From: an uncultured Verrucomicrobiales bacterium
Lineage (GTDB): Bacteria > Verrucomicrobiota > Verrucomicrobiia > Verrucomicrobiales > DEV007
Direction of reading: 5' to 3'
DNA length: 55,099 nucleotides
Assembly (NCBI GenBank): GCA_938091905.1
Contig: CALKOM010000063.1
Coordinates: 1-55,099 of the forward strand
A program made the translations under genes and the position numbers. Shown here in pieces: positions 19,675 to 29,700 of the stretch; the stretch's first letter is position 1, and the number at the start of each line of letters is the position of its first letter. The notes under the pieces are model-generated. The model did not search any database. It saw only the letters and a program-made list of their open reading frames with translations, and was not told the origin of the DNA.

Positions 19675-20911
19675 TGCAGGTGAAGTCGAAGATGTCGAAG
19701 TTACGCGGATCACCGACGGCCTTCGCCGAGTAGGACTCATTCAGTGGTCGCGAGAGCAGCATGGGAACCATTTCTTCATAGCGTCCACCATGAGATCGAA
19801 GCCCGCCCTTCAGAACAGACAAATCATGATCTGGTGGTGTGCGACCAACGACAACGTTTCTGCCACACAAGACGGTGAGATCGCCTATACGATCTTCGGC
19901 CAACTCTAACTTTTTCGCTGACATGGCGCGGTCATACACCTCAGTGATACCGTTCAGGCTCATGAGATAGTCTGCGATGGCAGCTTGCTGCTCGAGGTTG
20001 TCCAAATGCACCATGACCAAGGCACCAAGGGCTCCGTGATGAACCACATAAGGATCGGTGATCGGACAAATGACACGTAAGCCATCACCAAATTTCTCTT
20101 TGAGAAGACTTTCCACGTAGATCACGTTTGGTGAGCCATCACCCTTGTTCTTGGCGTTCATACCGTGATCAGCGGTGATGCCGATGACGCAGTTCAGGTC
20201 TAGCAACCGCCCGATTTGGTCGTCCAAAGCCTGGTAAAAGGCCAACGACTCCTCCTCCTCCGGCGCATGTTTGTGTTGCATGAAGTCTGTTAGGGAAAGG
20301 TAGAGGAAATTGGCCTTTCCTTGCTCCACGAGCGCAGCGCCTGCTTCGAGGACGTAAACCGAAGCATCACCTGAGTAGATTTCAGGCTTCTGCTTCCCGA
20401 TGATACTCTCTGCATTATCGACGCCATGGGTATCCGCGCAAGCCTCGTCGACCTTCTCACTAGAGAAGGCCATGCCGTTCAGGGAGACCACACCATCGCC
20501 TAACACCGTGCGCAATTTTTCCTTTGCCGTGATAAATGCGACCTTCCTTCCTGCTTTCGCAGCTGTGGTTAAGATTGTCGGACAACGGAGATATTCTGGT
20601 GAATTCATCATGACCTCTTCGCCGGTGTCTGGATTTAGGAAGAAGTTTCCACAGATTCCCGTCACAGATGGTGGCATTCCCGTCACGATGGCCGCGTTGT
20701 TAACATTGGTGAAGGAGGGCAGCGCCCCACGGACCATGCCTCGATACCCTTGGCGGCTTAATTCCAGTGTCCGAGGCATGCGCCCTTGGGCCATGGACAC
20801 CGACAAATACTCGTCTGCACAACCGTCGATACAGATCACCACCACTGGCTGACTGGGCAATTGGTAGTTCCTACCATTCACCTCAAACGCCGTCACGCTA
20901 TCGCTACTCAT
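19664..20911 (-). CDS. phnA: Phosphonoacetate hydrolase
   Basis: EVNGRNY, VVICIDG, PSFTNVNN, TDFMQHK, TADHGMN, PITDPYVVHHGALG, LRSHGG and RNFDIF motifs. Confidence 0.95.
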   Translation of the reverse strand: MSSDSVTAFEVNGRNYQLPSQPVVVICIDGCADEYLSVSMAQGRMPRTLELSRQGYRGMVRGALPSFTNVNNAAIVTGMPPSVTGICGNFFLNPDTGEEVMMNSPEYLRCPTILTTAAKAGRKVAFITAKEKLRTVLGDGVVSLNGMAFSSEKVDEACADTHGVDNAESIIGKQKPEIYSGDASVYVLEAGAALVEQGKANFLYLSLTDFMQHKHAPEEEESLAFYQALDDQIGRLLDLNCVIGITADHGMNAKNKGDGSPNVIYVESLLKEKFGDGLRVICPITDPYVVHHGALGALVMVHLDNLEQQAAIADYLMSLNGITEVYDRAMSAKKLELAEDRIGDLTVLCGRNVVVGRTPPDHDLSVLKGGLRSHGGRYEEMVPMLLSRPLNESYSAKAVGDPRNFDIFDFTCNGA

Positions 20912-20959
20912 CTCATGTTTTGTAATGGACTCCTGCGATCTGAGCAATGAACGAAATTG

Positions 20960-20980
20960 CCAAATTGGCTATCAATTTGG
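20960..20980. promoter_or_regulatory. Perfect palindrome CCAAATTG-GCTAT-CAATTTGG, putative repressor operator (GntR/FadR-like)
   Basis: 8-bp perfect inverted arms with a 5-bp spacer, about 50 bp upstream of the phnA ATG in the divergent intergenic region. Confidence 0.6.
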
Positions 20981-21175
20981 ATCAGCCGCAAACGTTGAGC
21001 TCTTGGGAAATTTTAAAAACTTGTCGCCTGGTCACTAGGCATTCGATACGGAGTTAGCCCGTTCCAATTCGACGGTTTGCTGATTAAGTTGATCTGCGCC
21101 TAAGTGATTGGTTGGATTGTTGGCTGAGCCGCTATTGGGTTTCCGTTTCGCCCAACGTCTGGTGAGATCACGACC

Positions 21176-23043
21176 ATGTTTGATCGCTTAACTTGCTTTG
21201 CTCTCGTCTTGATTCTTGCCGCTTGCGGTAAGTCTGAGCCCGTTTCTGATCCGCCTGCGGGTGAGTCTCCCGCAGCGGAGAAGGAAGAAGCGCCGACGTT
21301 GCGAACGGTAGATCCGCCAGCCGAAGCCTTTGGAATCGCTAAGGGGCTACTTACGGATCCCATCCTGCAACTGCCAACCAAGGATACGGTGAATGTCGTT
21401 TGGTAAACGGGTTTTATAAGCTCGGAGCAGGCCCTTATCTATGGTGCCAAGAAGAAAGTGATCAACGCCACTTCGGCACGTCTTTCGCGGATGCTTGAGG
21501 ATGAGGACTCACAGATTCCTGAATCGATCGTGGCTCAGTTGGGCGACGAAACGGCAGCGGGCGTTCGCGAGCGTAGGGTCTACCGTCATGTGGCCGTGGC
21601 CAATGGTCTGAAGGCGGGTGAGCGAATTCCTTATCAAGTGGAGTGTGTGGACGACAACGGGAAGCGCTTTCGGAGCGAGACCTTCACATTACAACCACTG
21701 CCCGGGAAGGGGCAGGCGGTGCCGATCCTTCTCACTTCGGATCAGCAGAATCAGCCGATATCGGCGGCTAACTATCAAAAGGTCAAGGAAACGGCTGGCC
21801 AATTAGACGCGATTCTCTTTGCTGGAGATTTCGTTGATCATCCTAACCGAGCTTCCGAATGGTTTGATCGGACCAATGCCAAGCGTCCGGCATTCTATCC
21901 CGCCCTGCAGGGAAGGTTGAATCAGTTAGGTGCCACGACCTTTACTGGAGGTGCGTTGCTTCAGCAGGCGGTGTTGCTTGGCTCTCTTGGAAACCACGAT
22001 GTTTCTGGCCGATGGCGACCCGAGAGCAGCACCATTAAAGAAATGTATAATGATCCGCAGCCTCGTTGGTATGCCGAGTTTGGTCACCGCAGGGCGATGG
22101 GGGGCCGTGATCGTTCGTTTGAATCAGTCACCTACGATGAGAGGTGGGAGCATCCGGACACGGCACCGCAAGGCGAGCGCTATTGGTCCTATCAATATGG
22201 CGATGTCTTTGTCATCTCGCTACACGTGAATCGCATTTGGCGGATGTGGGGTGACACGGGAAAGGCAAGCTCGGAGAGGCACCTGAGAGTCTTGCAGATC
22301 CCGAACAATGGGGATTTGGAGATCACGTCTTTGATCCCTTCGGTCCCGACTCTCCGCAGTTTCGTTGGCTGGAAAGCTCCCTCCAAAGCTCAGCATTTCG
22401 CGAGGCCAAGTACAAGATCGTCATGGCCCATCAGACCATGTTTGGTCTGGGTGAGAACGCGTATCCCGTTCTTGCGTCGCCTAAGGCTGTGTTCACGATT
22501 AAAGGCAAGGAACAGCCATTGACGCTCAGCCACCCTATATCAAAACAAGCTTGGACCAGCCAGGTGATGCCGGTGCTGAGCTCACTTGAATCGATTGGCT
22601 ATCGCTATCCCGAAGAGGAGGATATCTGAGCGCAGGCGATCGAACCCATGTTGGTCAAGGCGGGCGTGCAATTGGTTCTTTGCGGGCATTCCCATCTTTG
22701 GAATCGCGCGAAGATCGGCGGGATGCACTACCTTGAGACCTCCAATTTGGGCAACTCGTTTGGAGCTCGATTCGATGACTCAGGCGAGGGCAAAGCTTGG
22801 CCGCCAAGTAAGCGTCCCGGTAGCGCTCCTCAGGGGAGAGCGCCGATTCTTCCTAAGCACTTCAATCCCATGCAGGCCTGGGAAGGCTACGCTCGAGCAC
22901 TTCCTTTCGTTTCCAGCAAAAAGGTCACCACTTTTACTGTTTTTACGACTTAAGATGGAATGGTTAGAAGCTATGCATTTGACACGAGCAAACCGAACTC
23001 CGAGACCTTGCACTTTGACGAGTTTCGGCTTGGGCAGCCATAG
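21176..23043 (+). pseudogene. Calcineurin-like metallophosphoesterase lipoprotein, disrupted
   Basis: Lipobox LAAC; motifs SDQQ, AGDFV, LGNHD, MAHQ and CGHSH; in-frame TAA 21404, frameshift near 22260, TGA 22627 and TAA 22951; natural stop TAG at 23041-23043. Confidence 0.85.
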
Positions 23044-23058
23044 GCATCGAGGAAGATG

Positions 23059-24258
23059 CTAGTGTTGGTTTGGCGTTTCTGAGGACAATCGAAAGTCGGT
23101 GCGAAAGGCAGTTGCTGTTGTGCCGGTTTCTCGACGCATGAAACGCCCGAGGTCTTCCATGGATTCGAATCCCATGTGGCTGGCAATGCGCTTAACGGAC
23201 CAGTCGGTGGTGCGTAGATGTTCTTTTAGGGTGGCGAGCCGCACCCGCTTAATCTCCGCCTTGGGGGCGTAGCCTAGCGTTTGGACGAACCGGCGTTTAA
23301 AGGCGGCTCGGGACAGTGGGCTTTCGGCGACGAGCTCGTTTACCTGAAGGGCATAAGCAGGGGCGTCTCGTCTGATTCGGCGAAGAGCATTGGCCACGAC
23401 GGGATCCGCAATATGGAGAATGTCAGTGGATTCTCGCTCGACTAAGCCACCGACAGGAATAATCGTTTCTTTGGGAATGCTAGAATCTCCCTGCATGAGC
23501 TGATCGAGAATCGCTGCTGCCCGAAATCCAATCGCTTCGCCAGGATAGCGTACGGCCGTGAGTGGAGGTGACGTAGTGTAGCAGAACAGTTCGTCGTTGT
23601 TGACGCCGGCCACGGCGACCTCGTCCGGAACGCGGAATCCCAGGCGCTGACAGGCTTGGATGAGGGTCGCGGCGGCGATATCGTCTTTGGCAAGAATACC
23701 TATGGGTTTCGGGAGGGCGATCAATTGGGGGGCCATGAATTGGCGGAGCGTTCTCCATCGCTCTGACAATTTGCCTAGCTTGCTGACTTCGATGCCGAGC
23801 TGGTGGCAGTGCGCTTTGGCGAGTTCAAGTTCTTGCTCGAAGCCTCTTCCTCGAGCGCGTGAGTAACGTCGCGATGGGTCGCCCCAGTAGGCGAAGTTTC
23901 TTAGGCCAAGCGATAGGAAATGGCGTGCTACGATTCGGCCAGATTCTTCGTGGTCTGGTAGGACTAACGGAATCTTGTGATGATGCGACTCGCTGCTGAT
24001 GCTGACCACGGCCATACCTCGACTCTCGAACGTTCTCATTTCGGCTGTAGACAAGCGAAAGGCAATGAGGCCATCGCCTTTCCAGAAGCGGTTGATCCGA
24101 ACAGGTTCGATCTCGTTCGTAGTATCGATGGGAGTTTGGATCTGCCAGGTCTGATGGAGTCGTCGGTACTGCAGGATGCCACGATAGATATCGTGGGTAT
24201 AGCGAGCCCATGTGGCCGTGCGGATGCCGATGACTGGGGGCGAGGTGCGCGTTTTCAT
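23059..24258 (-). CDS. XylR-type transcriptional regulator (LacI-like sugar-binding domain plus AraC HTH)
   Basis: LPKPIGI, VPDEVAVAGVNND, PPLTAV, VERESTD and a C-terminal AraC HTH (IKRVRL...IASHMGF). ATG 24258 preferred. Confidence 0.9.
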   Translation of the reverse strand: MKTRTSPPVIGIRTATWARYTHDIYRGILQYRRLHQTWQIQTPIDTTNEIEPVRINRFWKGDGLIAFRLSTAEMRTFESRGMAVVSISSESHHHKIPLVLPDHEESGRIVARHFLSLGLRNFAYWGDPSRRYSRARGRGFEQELELAKAHCHQLGIEVSKLGKLSERWRTLRQFMAPQLIALPKPIGILAKDDIAAATLIQACQRLGFRVPDEVAVAGVNNDELFCYTTSPPLTAVRYPGEAIGFRAAAILDQLMQGDSSIPKETIIPVGGLVERESTDILHIADPVVANALRRIRRDAPAYALQVNELVAESPLSRAAFKRRFVQTLGYAPKAEIKRVRLATLKEHLRTTDWSVKRIASHMGFESMEDLGRFMRRETGTTATAFRTDFRLSSETPNQH

Positions 24259-24368
24259 CGATTTTGGTTTGGCAGGGCTGTAGACTATTTGCGATCCAAA
24301 TCGCCAGCTTAATTGGCGTTTCGGCGTGTTGATTCGCGAAGGCAAACTTTTAGTATTCGCCTCTAGGA

Positions 24369-26645
24369 ATGAACAGGAATTCTTACACTTGGCTGCCTAT
24401 GCTGCCTATCTTTACGCTGATCGTAGTGCTGTCGGCTGGTTTGGATTCGAGAGATGCTGAGAGCCCATTTCAGAACCGACATGTGCTCGTGATTGGAATC
24501 GACGGTGTCCGTCCAGATGCGCTCCAGCGTGCGGATGCTCCACATCTTCAGGCATTGGTGGACAATGGAGTCTTGTCCCTCCAGTCCGTTGCGGGAGGTG
24601 ATCTAGGGACTCCCTCACAGCAGCAGACGTCGAGTGGCCCTGGATGGTCTAGCATTCTTACGGGTGTTTGGACAGATAAGCATGGCATTCGCAACAATGA
24701 CTTCACGGGGAATCGCTACGACCTCTACCCCCATTTCTTCCAGCGCCTGAAAGAGTGCGAGCCAGCGGCCTACTTGTCTTCAATTGTCAGTTGGAACCCG
24801 ATCGATACCTCGATCGTGACACCGGTTGACGCCTACACTGACTACCGCGCGAAAGGCATTGGCAGTACCGCCATTGCCCGCGATCGCTCGGTGCGTGATA
24901 AGGCTGTAGCGCATCTGCAGACAGAAGACCCCGATGTGCTTTTCCTACATTTCGATCAGGTGGATGGTGCGGGACATGCCAATGGCTTTAGCAGCGGAAC
25001 CGCTTCTTACCTCAGCGCCATCAGCAGTATGGATTCGCTTATCGGCGATGTGCTAGAAGCTGTCGATGCGCGACCCAATCGCCAGGATGAGGATTGGTTA
25101 GTAATTGTCACGACCGACCACGGTGGAATTGGTACCTCTCATGGTGGCCAGACGCCAGACGAACGGAAGATCTTCTTTCTTGTGAGTGGCGATACTACTT
25201 CCCGCATTGCCTCCGACTTGAAACCAGGTCACGTGGCCGTGCCGCCCACTGTTTTTGAATACCTTGGTGAGCCGATCGAAGAAGCTTGGGAATGGGAAGA
25301 GCCGGCCTTTGGCCTCCCACCGTATCCACCTTCCGAACTGAAGGTGACGGCAGGCGTGGGGCGCGATCTCGTGGTCCATTGGTCGGCTCCCATCGATCTT
25401 GAGGCGGATCAACTCGTCTTGAAACGTAACGGCAAGATAATTGCAAGACTTCCGCTCGACGCGACCCAGTATGTAGATGTCATTCCGCCAGTCTTTTTAG
25501 CTCTACAGCTCGTCTACACGCTTGAAGTGGAGGGGGCGATGAAGCCTATTGCGCCGCTGCGTTTGGAAATGGACCTGCCGAAGACTTTAGATGAAGAACT
25601 TGTTCTTCACTGGCCTCTCGATGGTAGTACGATTGATGTTAGTGATGTGGGCCATGTTGGCGTTTCGTCTGGCGACCTCCCAGTGACGACCGGTGCCTTT
25701 GGAGGCGAGGCCATGCTGTTTGGAAATGGTTCAATCACCACCGAACTCTCAGAATCTCTCGCCTTTGAACGGTTTACTCATTTTAGCTTTGGCCTATGGA
25801 TCCGTTCTTCAAGGGCCAGTGAAGGGGTGGTGATCGCTAACAAACCCGCTGGCAGGAGTGATCGAGAGGGCTGGCAACTTTCTTTGACGGAAAAACGAGG
25901 TTTGCGATGGAATCTTGGTGATGGAGTTCGCCACGTGACCTTGAGTTCCCCACCAGGGGTATTGACTGGAGGTGTTTGGCACCATGTAGGGGTGAGTGTC
26001 GAACGCCTTCAGTACTCGAGGCTATACATCGATGGGACATTGGTGGATACGGCTGATCTAAGCCAGTTGAGGTCGAGCGACGGTCCTGGACCGCTTTCGC
26101 TGGGCAGCGATTCGTTGGGACTAGCAACGCTTGCTGATGTTCGCCTTTGGCGCCGAAACCTAACGGAATTAGAATGGAATTCTTTGTATAGTGAACGTGC
26201 AGCACCGAGCCAGTGGCGAGAGCGTGAGTTTACGTTTGATCAACGCTTTGATCCGAACGTTGGGTTTTGGGATTCTGACCCGGATGGGGATGGACGCACA
26301 AATCTTGAAGAGTTCGTCCTGGGGTCAGATATCCGAATCGCTGACCGGACTCCTAGTCTTCGTGTTGGGCAGACAGAAGGAGGGGAACCTATGCTGATCA
26401 TCGCTCAGCGTACGGGCGGCTATGGGGCCCCCATGAGCAACTACCAAGTGGGTGGTGCGCGGTCTGTTCTTGAGATGAGCGAAGATCTTCGCGCGGAAAG
26501 CTGGCAATCCGTGGCTGGGCACGGTGAGATTATAAAAGCGGAGTATCGAAGTGACGGGACCCATCGTCTTTACTGGACTCCCACAGGTGAGAACAAATGC
26601 CCGTATTTCCGCCTCAGATATGAACTGGTGACTGCTCCAAACTAG
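24369..26645 (+). CDS. Secreted alkaline-phosphatase-superfamily (type I phosphodiesterase/NPP-like) enzyme with Ig-like, LamG, TSP3-like and C-terminal modules
   Basis: VIGIDGVRPD, TSSGPGWSSILTG, DQVDGAGH and TTDHGG...HGG motifs; LamG WHHVGV..LYIDG; signal-peptide-like N-terminus. Confidence 0.88.
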   Translation: MNRNSYTWLPMLPIFTLIVVLSAGLDSRDAESPFQNRHVLVIGIDGVRPDALQRADAPHLQALVDNGVLSLQSVAGGDLGTPSQQQTSSGPGWSSILTGVWTDKHGIRNNDFTGNRYDLYPHFFQRLKECEPAAYLSSIVSWNPIDTSIVTPVDAYTDYRAKGIGSTAIARDRSVRDKAVAHLQTEDPDVLFLHFDQVDGAGHANGFSSGTASYLSAISSMDSLIGDVLEAVDARPNRQDEDWLVIVTTDHGGIGTSHGGQTPDERKIFFLVSGDTTSRIASDLKPGHVAVPPTVFEYLGEPIEEAWEWEEPAFGLPPYPPSELKVTAGVGRDLVVHWSAPIDLEADQLVLKRNGKIIARLPLDATQYVDVIPPVFLALQLVYTLEVEGAMKPIAPLRLEMDLPKTLDEELVLHWPLDGSTIDVSDVGHVGVSSGDLPVTTGAFGGEAMLFGNGSITTELSESLAFERFTHFSFGLWIRSSRASEGVVIANKPAGRSDREGWQLSLTEKRGLRWNLGDGVRHVTLSSPPGVLTGGVWHHVGVSVERLQYSRLYIDGTLVDTADLSQLRSSDGPGPLSLGSDSLGLATLADVRLWRRNLTELEWNSLYSERAAPSQWREREFTFDQRFDPNVGFWDSDPDGDGRTNLEEFVLGSDIRIADRTPSLRVGQTEGGEPMLIIAQRTGGYGAPMSNYQVGGARSVLEMSEDLRAESWQSVAGHGEIIKAEYRSDGTHRLYWTPTGENKCPYFRLRYELVTAPN

Positions 26646-26741
26646 CAAACCTACTTCCAAGTGACGAATCTTTAACCTCAAGAAACTACCGAATCCACGG
26701 ATCCTGCAGTGGACTCCAAACGCCGAAACCACCCTGAACTC

Positions 26742-29700
26742 ATGCAACCTAATAAATTCCTAACTCACGCTGGTGCCTGCCTTGGGTTTGCGTTTCTGAC
26801 GCTTCCATTGCACGGCCAAACCCTATTTGAAGAGAGCTTTGATAGTGTCACGCTTGGGCCTAACGTTGATGAAACGGTTGAGAGTGATGCTGCTTGGTCA
26901 GCAACGCCACCTGAAGGGTGGACCGTGGATAATTCCAAGATGCCCATGGTGGATGGCGAACTGATCGGGACGACGGAGTGGCGTGGTTGGACGTTTGCGG
27001 ATCCGGCTTGGTGGGCAAGCGTGGATGACCAACGTCGCTCGGAGTTTACCAACGCGAATGGGGCTGCTGCAGTGGCTGATCCCGATGAGTGGGATGATGT
27101 GGAAGGTCCGGCGGGAGTCGGCAATTTCGAGTCTTACTTGATCTCTCCTGACATTGATATTGCAAGCGCTGCTGGTGGTTCAGCGTCTCTCGCATTCGAT
27201 TTTAGCTGGCGTCCTGAGGGAAACCAAACGGGTAATGTGACTGTGGCCTTCGATGGCGGCGATTCTTCTGAGATCTTCAGGTTGGATACCGCGACATCGA
27301 ACGATGACATGACGAACGAGAGCAGAACGGTAGCGTTCTCGGTGCCTGAGGGCGCGCAGATGATGAAGTTGAGTTTCGGGATGTTTGATGCGGGAAACAA
27401 TTGGTTCTGGGCGATCGACAACGTTTCCATCTTGCCTTCGTCAGATCCTGTCTTGCCATCTGGCCTTACGGGAACCAGTAATGTTCTGGCTAAAACTGTC
27501 ACCTTGAGTTGGGAGTCTGCCTCGAACATTGCGGGCACCCTGGAGGTCTTGCGTGATGATGTGATCATCGCGGAGTTGCCGATAGATGCGACGGAGTATG
27601 TGGACTCGGAGCCTCCTGGCAATGATGCCGATGGGCGCATTGCCTATGTCTATGGTCTGAGAGTGAAGGCGGACGGAATTGACGCTGAGGCGATCAGTCA
27701 AGAGATCGTGTATTCGACAGGGGCGTCGATGCGCACCCTTTTTGAGGAGAGCTTTGATAGTGTTGTGTTGGGCGAGGCCGTTGATGAGCCCGGTTTGGGC
27801 GAGGGCATGGATTGGACGGCCGAACCTCCTGCCGGTTGGACGGTGGATAACTCAAAGATGCCGATGGAAGATGATGAAGTCCTAGGAACGACGGAGTGGC
27901 GCGGCTGGACCTTTGCGGATCCGATCTTCTGGGCTCAAGTAGACGATCAAAGGCGCTCGGAATTCGTCAATGCTAGTGGTGCGGTGGCGATCGCGGACCC
28001 TGATGAGTGGGATGATGTAGGGGGACCGGCCGGGGTGGGCGCGTTTGAATCGTATCTCATATCCCCCCCAATTAATGTGGTTGCTGAAGCTGGGGGAAAT
28101 GTGTCTCTCGTCTTTGACTCGAGCTGGCGTCCCGAAGGCAATCAGAAGGGGAATGTCACGGTGAGCTATGATGGTGGGGAGGCTCAGGAAGTTCTTCTGT
28201 TAAGCACTGCAACGACTCAGGATAACGAGACGAACGAGAAGAAGGTCCTTTCGTTGGCCATTCCAGCAGGGGCCCAAGAGATGGTCCTAACATTTGGCAT
28301 GTTTGATGCCGGCAACAACTGGTTCTGGGCGATCGACAATGTCTTGGTGACGACCCTGGCTGTTCCAATCTGTCCAACCGCTTTGGCATCGAAAGTGGAC
28401 CTGGAGGCCGAGACGGTGACCCTTAGCTGGATTGCAGGGGCGAACTTGGAGGATGCCGTGATCGAGGTGTGGCGAGATGGGAAAAGGATCGTAGGCGATC
28501 TCCCGGGAGATGCGGGAAGCTACGTGGATAACATCACTGGAGTCGACGTCAGCGAAAGCGTACTGTTTAGTTATGAGCTTCGCGTTGTTGGCGGACCTGT
28601 TGAGTGTGTGCCTCTTACGAGGACGGTTGTTTTCTCACAAGGGGCGATCTCGAAACTTGCGCAGTGGGACTTTGAAGAAGGTTCGGGAGTATTTGCTGCC
28701 AATAGCGAAGGCGATGGTCTTGTGGGTGACCTGGTAGATTTGACTGCCGACTCCTGGGTGGATGCAAACTTTCTGGGCGGAGCGTTGACCTTTGCCGGGG
28801 ATGGCTACGTGGACTTGGGGACGAGTGAGGAAGACGATGCGGACCGGGCCAAGTCTGATGCTCTTCGCCCTCAGGCTGGCCTGACTATTGCGGCTTGGGT
28901 GAACCCTGACGAGTTCACCGAATGGGCTGGTATCGCAGGAACGCTGTTCGACTCTGGTGCGAATGAAGGTGGTTTCTACCTCAACACACGGACTCCCAGC
29001 GATTACTCCTTCGCTCTCGCCACAGAAAGTGACGGACAGTTGACCTACCTGAGAACAGAAGGCGTTCCTGGAGAGTGGGCCTATGTGGTGGGGACGTATG
29101 ACGGAGAGGAGCAACGGCTCTACCTTAATGGTGCCCTGGCTGATTCAAGGCCTGCTTCAGGACCGATCGACTACGATCCTGCGCCATTTGGGTTCCAGAT
29201 TGGCACGTTCATTGACGACAACGAGGATGTTCGTTTTGCGGGGCAGATCACTCAGGTCGCTATGTGGAATGGTGCACTTAGCGAAGATCAGATCAACCTG
29301 CTCTTCGAGATTGGTCGAGCAGGTCAGAACATTGACCCAGCGCTTGATTCCGATGGCGATGGTCTTCTCGATGAGTGGGAGATTGCCAACTTTGGCGACC
29401 TGACGGCGTTTAGCGCGCTCGATGATCCCGACAATGATCAGTTGATCAATCTTTCTGAGAACAGGGAAGGAACGGATCCTAATAAGGGAGATACTGATGA
29501 TGATGGTGTGAGTGATAGCACAGAGATCGCTTTCGGGTCGGATGCGAATGATGGAAACGCAAAGCCTGAAGCTACGGCCGTGGCCTTGCTCAAATCAAAC
29601 AATGGCGTTCAAAGCTGGGATAGCCCTGAAGTATGGTCGGACGGGGCTGCTCCTAGCGGTTCTAAGACCTATTTCGCGAACGGTAGCTTTGCGCCCAATC

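Noticed and set aside
20908..20916. Mini-ORF ATG-AGA-TGA overlapping the phnA start
   Set aside because: The AGGAG spacing (~13 nt) is poor and such a pattern can arise by chance; no further support.
1625..22953. Stop-codon reassignment or amber read-through explaining the in-frame stops
   Set aside because: All three stop types occur internally, frameshifts accompany them, and TAG, TAA and TGA all terminate intact genes here (e.g. TAG at 26645, 30608 and 39571).
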